Positions 1 through 9,382 of a stretch of DNA of 11,833 nt are shown in pieces. A program made the position numbers and the translations under genes. The notes below the pieces were generated by a model. It searched no databases and was not told where the DNA came from. It saw only the letters and a program-made list of their open reading frames with translations. Every line of letters starts with the position of its first letter. Position 1 is the first letter of the stretch. Origin of the DNA: Rotaria sordida (Eukaryota); assembly GCA_905250005.1 (NCBI GenBank), contig CAJNOH010000912.1:4079-15911 (forward strand), read 5' to 3'.

Positions 1-335
1 AAATGTTTTGTGAATAATAGAGAAATAATCTATATTCTAAAAATAAAATGAAGAATGCCTTAAAAAAATAACATTAGACTCATTTTTGACTAATACCCTT
101 TAGTTAATTCAAACTTTTATATAGTTGAATTAGTTTAAGACATTTTCGCATTGCAGATTTTATTCTAATTGATGTAATGTCAGCGAGATTCTGTCTTCAG
201 AAAATCTTTTTAAGAAGAAAGATTCACGTACCATAGGTCTCAACAAAAAAATAATTCATCAAGGTTTTTTCCCTGTTCTGCTCTGTCTTATCCATGGAAT
301 TAACTGACACAAATTCTTTTAATCTTACGAGGGAA

Positions 336-586
336 TCTCACCAACTGATACACTCTGCTTAAGCTCATATTTTGCTCTGAGGTAGGGCTTATAATGTAGA
401 TAAAAACCCTAAAAGGATTCTTCCCATTAAGTCTTCGTTCTCAAGTTATAATCATTTTACTGAGTTTCCAGCCTATCGCATGGTATTACAAGCAAAACCA
501 AACGAAGGAACTTCACTCTCAAATTTCGTCTAAGAATAGCTCTCATGGTCTTTATAATATCCAGAAAATTTCAGCCAAAATGGATG
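336..586 (+). repeat. Left arm of a long imperfect inverted repeat (foldback/MITE-like element)
   Basis: CTGATACACTCTGCTTAAGCTCATATTTTGCT... pairs with the reverse complement of 686..940 (CTGATACACTCCGCTTGAGCTCATATTTTGCT...). Similarity holds across the arm to CCAAAATGGATG. Confidence 0.8.
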
Positions 587-685
587 GTTTTTTTTCAAGA
601 TTTTAAACGCCAAACAAATCGGATTTGCTCGAATCTTTCATGAGAAAAGACCTTTTTCTGAACACTTGTTGTCTCGATAATAGAG

Positions 686-940
686 CATCCATTTTGGTTG
701 AAACTGCCAGGATATTATAAGAGGGACCGTGAGACCTTTTTTCGGGCGAAATTTGAGATTAAAATTTCTTGACTTGATTTTGTTCGTAATACTCCGTGAT
801 AGGTTAAAAATTCAGTAAAATGATCATAACTCGAGAATAAAGGCTTAATGGAAAGAATCATTTTAGAGATTTTATTTACACTATGAGTTCTAATTACAAG
901 CAAAATATGAGCTCAAGCGGAGTGTATCAGTCGATGAGGT
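686..940 (-). repeat. Right arm of the same inverted repeat
   Basis: The reverse complement shares blocks such as CTGATACACTC, AGCTCATATTTTGCT, CCATTAAG, ATCATTTTACTGA, CTCAAATTTCG, TATAATATCC and CCAAAATGGATG with 336..586. The spacer is about 99 nt. Confidence 0.8.
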
Positions 941-1120
941 TCTGCTGTTATTATCGATCTCATCAATATCTGGCGTAGAGCGGAATTAATGCTACAGTCC
1001 ATAGATGAAATGAGTCTAGTTTTTTAACGATCGGTACTGATTTGAAAAAGTCAAATTAAAGTGAGCCGATCGATACACAGATTTAATCGGTCTACCAGTA
1101 AATACTGCTCTACCTATAAT

Positions 1121-1258
1121 CAGAACCGTCGCCAGGAGGATGCAAAGGATGCTTGTGCACTCTCTGTGGCCAAAAAAACACCTGGGAGGGATGCAGACCA
1201 GAGACCGAAGCTAGGCGGGGAATCGTAGCGAGTCCCCAGGGCGGGACGAGGCGGGGTT
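1121..1258. other. GC-rich island in otherwise very AT-rich DNA, unknown origin (possibly a repeat fragment)
   Basis: CAGAACCGTCGCCAGGAGGATGC...GGCGGGGAATCGTAGCGAGTCCCCAGGGCGGGACGAGGCGGGG has sharp compositional borders on both sides. Confidence 0.55.
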
Positions 1259-2021
1259 GAAATATATACTCGAAGCTTCTGCATGATAAATTTTTACAGC
1301 ATAAATTCTTATTTATAGACAATGTATGTAAATAATTAATAAACATGTTTTATGATAGATGTTTCTGTATCACCAAGTTTTATTTTCTGAGCACTGAAAG
1401 CCGATGATTGGATGCAAACTCTTATTGCGATTAATAATAGAATAGAAGAAAGAACAAACAAACGTTTGTTTTTTAATTGTCAAACTTACTCTTGATCACT
1501 ATATCAATGTCTAATTTTTGTTTTAGACTTAAGAAGGTCCCCTTAGAAATAAACTTTTTAATTTCTGCATAGAATTCAACTAAAATTTCAGAGAATATTA
1601 GTCCTTCTTAGAGTAGATTATGGTTAAAATATCCCCTCAAATCTGCAAGTTATTCACGAGTTATAAGCAATTTATTGGTCAAAAGTATTCTGTACGAGGG
1701 CGAGGTTTTCACAATCAGGATAGAGCCAATATGCCGGGATGGTTTTTAAATTGTAGAGTACCCTTAGCGCTAGGTCTTTATAGAGCCCGATTTTTGAAAT
1801 TCCCTTTGTTTGTTGTTTAAAAAATCTTTTTTAAAAAAATTCTCAAATTCATGGCCAAAAAATCGCTGATAAAAATAACATATGTAAGTTTTTTATTCGC
1901 CAATAGAGAAATTCAATAATCGGGCTCTGTCACGACCTAGCCCTAACTGTTCTCTATGCAACAAAAAAAATTATCGCTTCTATATTGAGTTGTTATTGAG
2001 TAAGATTTGTCCGCGCAAACA

Positions 2022-2107
2022 GGGTGTGGATGAGTGTGGGTATAAGTGTGGATATGGATATGGAGTGTGGGTATGACTAATATATGGATCAACAACCATA
2101 CCCACAT
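2022..2107. repeat. Degenerate GTGTGG(G/A)T-type repeat with a terminal inverted copy
   Basis: GGGTGTGGATGAGTGTGGGTATAAGTGTGGATATGGATATGGAGTGTGGGTATG, followed by CATACCCACA in inverse orientation. Confidence 0.65.
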
Positions 2108-4441
2108 CCTTAATTAAATTCTTTCGAAGCAGGGTATAATAGGTACACATGAAATGATATCTATTACGAAAATGAAGTCTTTTTTCTCCTACAAACTTCT
2201 TTTTAATATCATACATTGAATGATTTGAATGGTATTTTTATAAGATTCGTTTTAAAATATTCGAAAAACATTCAATTTTACAGTTGTTTCGAACAAGCTG
2301 TATAAAGTTCTGTTTTAATTTTTTTTCTCTCTTGTTTGCGCAATTGTTAAATAACTCGAAATGAACATACGATGAAAATATTTTCATAAAAAAATAATGA
2401 ATTGTTAGTTAAACGAAAAGTTTCGTTCAAAAATGCTACTCGAAGAAAATAAGATTGACACACTACTCACTGTTAATATTTTTGTTGCAGCTTTCAGTTG
2501 TTCTATTTCATCAAAAAGAAGGTAATAGAATTTACGTATGGATAAATTTTTTCGTTCTCTTTTTTCATCTTATTTTCATAGATTGTAAAACTCACTTGGA
2601 ATGTTGACATTTCACTCTCTGCATTGTAACTGTTGATGTTCTTATGCAGCCAACATAGCAACATGAAAAAGAAAAAAGGTAACCAGCTGTAAAAGGTAAT
2701 GGAAAAAGAGAAAAAAAAACGTTTATTTGACTAATAAAAACATCTGAATGTTCGATCATGTTTTTATAAGGACTAAGTTTGCATTATATAAATAATAAAT
2801 CATTCTTATCAAATTAATTTAACAGTGAAATAATTTAACCTATGTCCGATTGCTATCAAATAATGCTTTCTAATAATTATCGTTGTTGAACTGTTCGAAA
2901 AATAAACTATTAAGTATTGAACCAAATTCAGACATAGATTGAATTGAAATATATCATTCAAATTCTGTCACAAACTATTTGTTTGTTATTTATTTACGGT
3001 TTTATGTCGCACGTTGGATACTTATAGGAAACATCAATTATTATATTACACTTATATTTTCAAACATCGGTTTTGTTCTTGATCATTTGACGTTCAAGTT
3101 TAAATCTCACAGTCTCATGCATGAGGAATAAATAAAAATAATAATAAATTCAAGTAAACTTAAGAACAGTCATTACTCATTTTCTCATGAAAAAGTATAA
3201 AAACAGTAAATACTATAACTGAGTCAGATTATCTTCAATGTGCATTTCCTCTAATACATGGAGAGAAACTTCATATTACACAAAGTACAGCACATGTAGT
3301 GGCGTATTTTTTTAATGTATTACCGATGAAAATACCCAAATAATATTGTATCAAAGAGCACCTATGCGGTTCTTCGAAAAAGAAAGAACAATTGCCTGTT
3401 TGTTGTTTACTACCGTTATAAAACAAATTTTACTTTTTTTTTCTTCCAACCTATGTGCAAATCATCAATTTTATTTACTTTGTTGCTCTATTTTTTTAAG
3501 GGATCACTAGGGAAACAGAATTTGATTCTTATTTACTCTCTGCACAACATAACAAAGATGAGAAAAAAGGTACATTTTTCATTGAGAAAAGAAAAATATC
3601 ATCTAGTCAACATCAACCACTATTTTTATTACATGATTTATTCTTAAGAATGCGAATTAATGATATGGAAATGACAATTGCTTCATTTTATAATTTATAA
3701 CAAACAAATTTTTCATGATAATTTACGATTTAACTCAAACATTTGTCGACTTAAAAAAGTTCTTTAATGAAAGAAGAAAATAACTTATCCTCCTATTCAA
3801 ATAAAACGTATGAAATTCTCTATAAAGTAATATTGGCAAAAACTCGAATGTTATCACGATACGATTCAAAACTTAATGTTTGATTTATTAATAATATATT
3901 TGACTTAGTAATCTGACTTACATCTAAATTATATTGCAAAACCAGAAAAGCATTAACATCAAACAACTAATATTAAGTTGTTTCTTTCGCTGATTTTATG
4001 AGCACACATGTTAACTATTAAAGAAAACTTATTAGTTCTTTTGATGCAAAAAATTCAATTATGATAAAAAACAATCGTTTTTTATTTCATTTTTTCTTTT
4101 ATAAATAGAAATTTTATATTTTTTTTCAATCTTTTGGTTACGGATTTGTATATATATATGGGCTGAACTTTTATTCGAAATTATAATTTCTACAATCTTT
4201 TATCTTTCTTAAGTCATGAAGTGATCTCTCTTTCTTCTATGCTTTTAATATCATAACATCCTTATATGATATCTCTGTATATACACATGTTGTCAAAATC
4301 GGCTCAGTCTTGATGATTGAACAACGATTTTTGATAAATCACAATTAATCGATGATTATTTGGGCAGGTGTAAATCATTGGTAACTTTGCAACAAACCTC
4401 AATAGTTAGTATTTATTTGTTTATAAATGTTTTTTCTTTTA

Positions 4442-4578
4442 CTTAGGTTAATCTCGATAACACAATGAACAGTATGTATTTATTTAGAAAAAAAACATTG
4501 TTTTTTGTTATTTAGATCGATCTCAAGATTAAAATGAACAATAAGTATAATTGTATAAAGAAAAACTTTTGTTTTTTT
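4442..4578 (+). repeat. Two diverged tandem copies of a ~68-nt unit
   Basis: TTAGGTTAATCTCGATAACACAATGAACAGTATGTATTTATTTAGAAAAAAAACATTG versus TTAGATCGATCTCAAGATTAAAATGAACAATAAGTATAATTGTATAAAGAAAAACTTTTG, aligned by eye. Confidence 0.5.
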
Positions 4579-5218
4579 TATTATATACGACAGATGAGGG
4601 AAGACAAAATCATCTGTCTCCTTACTTATGAGAAACTTTTATAGATACGATGATGATAGACAGTCATATAACTCGTTAAGACATATTCGTAGTCTTTTAG
4701 CGGAGAATTAAGACTAAGTTCGCTCATCGTAAATATCACATGAAAAATCGCGATTTTCTATAAAAGTGGGAAAAGTCACTTTCTTTTTAAAAGTGATTTA
4801 ATCACGACATAATCTCACGATTAATCGCTCTAACAAATCATCGATTTTTATCACATGAATATTTATCAAGTAGATAACAAACAAATTGTGGATTTATAAG
4901 TCTATGAGAAATCATAGGCTCTCCATGCTCAAAATCTTGTGAAACCAAATTAAAATTATGTAGAATCCTAAAATCATAATTACTCTAGAAACTTATGATT
5001 ACTGTTGAAACTCTAATCTTATAAAAGATCAGACGTTTAATTGTATTAGCTCTATATTATGGTACAAAAGCACAAGATTATTTACGGAGCTAGGGAAAGG
5101 GTGTGGATGAAGATCATTGATACCCTCTATAATTGAATTAAAGTTATCAAAAAAAAAAAGAATTACGAAAAATCGAAAAACTAAAGTAGTTATTAATAAT
5201 ATTAGAATAATTCTAAAT

Positions 5219-5224
5219 TTTATT
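5219..5224 (-). promoter_or_regulatory. Candidate polyadenylation signal AATAAA for the nuclear receptor gene
   Basis: Plus-strand tttatt is AATAAA on the minus strand, about 95 nt downstream of the TGA stop. The motif is common by chance in AT-rich DNA. Confidence 0.35.
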
Positions 5225-5244
5225 TAAATGATTAAAATAAAACA

Positions 5245-5268
5245 AAAAGAAAGAAAGAAAGAAAGAAA
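5245..5268 (+). repeat. (GAAA)n microsatellite-like tract
   Basis: aaaagaaagaaagaaagaaagaaa read directly, downstream of the nuclear receptor stop codon. Confidence 0.85.
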
Positions 5269-5316
5269 AAAAAATTATTAAAGAACTTCACTAGAATTAT
5301 TATTTGATTGATTAAT

Positions 5317-7080
5317 TCATGTTGTTTGTATTTGTATTTCATCATTACAAGGTAAATAAATTAATTCATTTGTATTTCTATAAATATTATCTTCTGAAAT
5401 TAAATATGAATTTAATAAATCATTATTTATTGTTGATGAACAAATTCTATTTGATATCATATCATTTGCCATCATATCAATAAAACGTAAAACAAATTGT
5501 GCTTTCATATATTTAATATTTTTTTCATTTGTTAAATTATGAGTATATATATTTGATCCTTCTGTATAAGTTCGTGCTTCTTTTTCTTGATCACATTCAA
5601 GTTCAAATAAACGTAATATTCTTTCAATAACTGTATCATTTGATAAATGAAATATATTTTCATTTGTATCTGAATTTGATGATAAAAAAATTAATGATCC
5701 ACCACCAATTTGTTCATCATCAAAAGCTAATATAAGTAAAATCATAATAAGACGCCATCGTTCATTATGTGCAAATATCCATGCTTGTGGTTCTTTACAC
5801 CATGATGATAAATTTCGATCATTTTCACCTGTTATTAAAAATTTTATAGTTGATTCATGTCGTTTTAAACGTGCAAGAAATGTTTCTGGTATACGTTCAT
5901 TTTCATTCATAACAATATCAGCTAAACGATGACAAAATTGAAATATAATTGATGAATGAGTATTTGTTGTTGATTGTTGATCATATTCTTCAAATGATTG
6001 ATAACATTCAAGTAATTTTAACATTAATTGAAAATCATTATAATTTGGTTCAAGTTTAACACTTGATATTAATGATGATGAACGAAAAATTTTTGGTGGT
6101 TTACCAAAACGAATCTTATCTAAAGCCATACCTTTAAAATTAAAAAATAATTATTAATTTATATATATATATATATTAATTAATTTTTTTTTCTTACCAA
6201 CACATTTACATTTATCAAAACGACATGCTGCACAATTATTACGATTATTTTTATTTATACAACATCTTATAGGACATGGTTCAAGAATAGTTGATTTTTT
6301 TGAATAACGACGAAAAAATCCTTTACATGCTTCACATGTAAATACACCAAAATGATATCCCGAACTAATATCATCACATACTCGACAAAGTTCAGATTCA
6401 TATTGTGATTCTATATAAAGAAAGAAAAAAAAATATGAATCTCTATCAATTGAAATAATCTTTAATGAAAAGAATGTGAATGATATTTCAGAGAAAAAAA
6501 AGAACAAATATTCTTACTCATTGTTTCATCTTGAAATTTTCTCTTTTTACTTGATTGAACTATTGATATGGATGATTTTTGTTGAGGATGATTTATTTCA
6601 ATTTCTTGTTCATTACTATTTCCATACAATTCACCTATATGTCTGGAAAAATTAATATCAATTGAATCATTAACTGTATTATTATTATTATTATTATGAT
6701 TTTGATATTGATTTTGATAAGCAGCTGCTACTGCAACATTTAAATAAGTTGTATCATAATTTGGATAGGATATTACATCTGTATGAGTAAGTTGAGATGT
6801 CGATGATGAAAATGGATGTTGATAAGATGATAAATAAACATTTGATGATGATGATGATGTTAAATGAGAATGTGTTGTTTGTTGACGAAATGGATAAGAA
6901 TTTGTATTATATGATGAATAAGGTAATGAATCAAGGTAATAAGAATCATTAAAACGAAAAGATGATTCACTCATATGACTATTATCAAATGTCTATTGTA
7001 ATCAAACAAAAAAGAAAAATGAAAAATAAAATTTAATCAAAATTACATACTGTTGATAAATTATATTGATCACTATACAT
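5317..7080 (-). CDS. Nuclear receptor (nuclear hormone receptor family) protein, spliced model of 510 aa: exons 7080..7051, 6992..6518, 6410..6198, 6131..5317
   Basis: Minus-strand DNA-binding domain CRVCDDISSGYHFGVFTCEACKGFFRRYSKKSTILEPCPIRCCINKNNRNNCAACRFDKCKCVG|MALDKIRFGKPPK reads continuously once introns are removed. Introns: 7050..6993 (GTATGT...ACAATAG, 58 nt), 6517..6411 (GTAAGA...TATATAG, 107 nt), 6197..6132 (GTAAGA...TTTAAAG, 66 nt). All are GT-AG and keep frame (30+475+213+815=1533 nt). The start ATG at 7080 is preceded by in-frame TAA TAA AAT. Stop TGA is at 5319..5317. Confidence 0.9.
6094..6387 (-). other. Nuclear receptor DNA-binding domain (two C4 zinc fingers plus C-terminal extension), interrupted by the 66-nt intron 6197..6132
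   Basis: First finger C-x2-C-x13-C-x2-C with CEACKGFFRR recognition helix. Second module C-x3-C-x9-C-x2-C-x4-C, followed by CVGMALDKIRFGKPPK, which matches the GMxxDAVRFGRxPK-type extension of nuclear receptors. Confidence 0.95.
6160..6176. repeat. (AT)n tract inside the 66-nt nuclear receptor intron
   Basis: tatatatatatatatat read directly. Confidence 0.8.
7051..7080 (-). other. Predicted 30-nt first coding exon of the nuclear receptor gene (MYSDQYNLST)
   Basis: ATG TAT AGT GAT CAA TAT AAT TTA TCA ACA followed by GTATGT. The acceptor TTTGATTACAATAG is at 7006..6993, joining in frame to ACATTTGATAATAGTCAT-ATGAGTGAA. Confidence 0.72.
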
Positions 7081-9382
7081 ATTTTATTAAAAAGAAATAA
7101 TTCATTACAATTCTTTTTTGTTATCTAAAAAAGAAAAAAAGCAAATGTGTTATTCGTCATGAAACTATGTCAAGTTTATATGATGATAAAACAGGCAAGA
7201 GAGCGAGAAGATTTCTCTTTTTTTTTTGCATCACACAAACATCGTTCTCGGATAAATCAATCATTTTGATATTGAAAGAAATCTACTAACATTGTACATC
7301 GACTCGATCAATCTCCATTGCATCTATACATATAGTTCGATATTCTAGTTATATTATTCAATGACATAGAAATGTAATCACCATTTCTCTTTTTCTTTTC
7401 TGTATGTCCTCTGATCTAAATATTGGACAAAAAAACAAAATATCTCACAAAAATTGCTATGAGCCGGTACGAATATATATATATGAGAAGTTCGTATTGA
7501 TATTAAGTAATAGTTTTTCGAAAAGGTGAATTTAACAATACAATAAATTTTAATGTTATATTTTATAAAACAAGTAAAGATAGTTGTAGAATGTATTTTC
7601 GAAAGAATTCAAGACTTAAGAATAAAGGTTTTCTTTCTATGTGTTTCAATGTAAAACTCTAATCGGAAAAAGTAGATTTTAAATAGATAAAATCTTGTCT
7701 GGTGAAGTAAAATTCTTTTCTCGATTCTTATAATAAATATGAATCTGTCATCAACATTTAATTTTTACTAGTATTTTAATCTCGAATTTTTCACAGAAAT
7801 TACAAATATTAAATAATTAAGTACAGTTATAATATTAAAAAAAAACAGCTGTTAGCACAATCCCTGCAGGACTAAAATGTGAAATACGATGGAGCTTCTG
7901 ATATTGTACAAAAAGAAGATTAATCAATATATGTTTCGATTTATGAATTTCTATTTACTATTCATGTATGTCGATGATGAAAATCGCGATATGTTGCCGT
8001 GAGTGTAAAAGGAAAGTAAAGAACCATTATCATACTAATTCCGCGGTGGACTTCGATCTTGCGGTTATAACTGTTCCATCTGTGTGGGGGAGCTTCAAAT
8101 TTCTATTCCTATACTTAAACAATTTGTAGGTTGTATTTTACATTAACAGCAAGTTTTTCATATCATGATATCTCGTCCCTAGTTTTTATGACAAAAAATA
8201 TTTAACGCTTATTATACTTCAAAGACATCAAAATGCAAATATTAGTTTGTGAAAAAAAAATTTGAACAATGTGATCTAATTAAAAGATCATTGTGAGAAA
8301 ATACATGCTTCAACTGGTATTGATGTAATAGAACACAGACAAGATTTTTCTAGCAAGATTATTAAGAGATTGATATGAATTAAGATGATTGATTAAATTT
8401 TCTGCCTGCAGAAAACTATTAATTTCTTCTGATTTCACAAGAAAATAAGAAAGAACAATTATCAAGCAATGATGTCAAATACACGCATAGAAATATCCAG
8501 AAATAAGAATAATCTCTTTGGCAAACTCTTATATGCTAGAAAAATTTATCTTCTCATATTAATACCATTTTTCTGGTATCATGTGGCTTTGTTATAATTA
8601 TAATTCCAAAATTCTCGAATATTTTAGTGAAACTACACTTTGTACCAGTAGTGCCTTTTAAGTTAGAGACATAAACAGGTAGAAAAGTATGTTCAACAAA
8701 TTCTTCAAACGTATACATGTTCGTTGATTAAGTTACATAAAATCAAAAAAAAAAAAGTACACTGAATCGTTTGTTTAAATCTTAAATGACTTTGTTTGCG
8801 CATAACATATTAACAGTGTAATGTTCGTTGTAGACATAAACAACGAAATAAGTATATGCACTTATATATAGAAATATGAAGCTAGAACGATAGTTGTCTC
8901 CTTTGTAAGTCTTGTTATCGTTCTATTAATTGATGAAAAAAAAAAAATTCTTATTTGAATTAAAAAAGAAACGCAACGTTAATCTAAACAGTATTCAAAT
9001 ATTAGAAATTTATATTTCGTGATTCAAGCTCTTCTTTCTCGTAAAGACTAAAATGCTCAAGGTTGATACATGAATAAGTTGTAGTTAAAAGTGAATATAC
9101 ATCAAATACTAAATAGAATGCACACTGTTTCAATTATCAATTCAATTCTTACAAGAATAATCTAGACAGTTGAATTTCAACACGAACGATTACATTATAT
9201 ACAATAGCTTTATTATTTGTTGATTGTCACGTCGAGTCAACTAAATGAATAGAAAATGAAAAACACGTGTAATATCAAATTACAAATAATGTCTGAAGAT
9301 GTATTAATTGAACAGTCTGAAAAAAAAACAAAACAACAGATGAACAATATATATATATGTTCATTTTATTTCGTGAATAAAA

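Noticed and set aside
715-903. 62-aa minus-strand ORF
   Set aside because: Lies entirely in one arm of the diverged foldback element, with no domain similarity recognised.
1110-1346. 78-aa minus-strand ORF through the GC-rich island
   Set aside because: Pro/His-rich translation with no recognisable domain. It is open mainly because the island is GC-rich, and it has no supporting splice or start context. Treated as a fortuitous ORF.
1620-1820. 66-aa plus-strand ORF
   Set aside because: No recognisable motif. Surrounding sequence looks like decayed non-coding repeat DNA.
1980-2216. 78-aa minus-strand ORF with HTHTPYPYPHLYPH
   Set aside because: The distinctive peptide is just the translation of the degenerate GTGTGG/ATATGG repeat.
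3453-3647. 64-aa plus-strand ORF
   Set aside because: Low-complexity, stop-bounded by chance in AT-rich DNA. It overlaps splice-like sites but has no domain.
6154-6507. 117-aa ORF as an independent protein
   Set aside because: Both its N-terminal (MFFFFSEISFTFFSLK...) and C-terminal (KKKKLINIYIYIN) parts are translated intron. The middle is exon 3 of the receptor gene.
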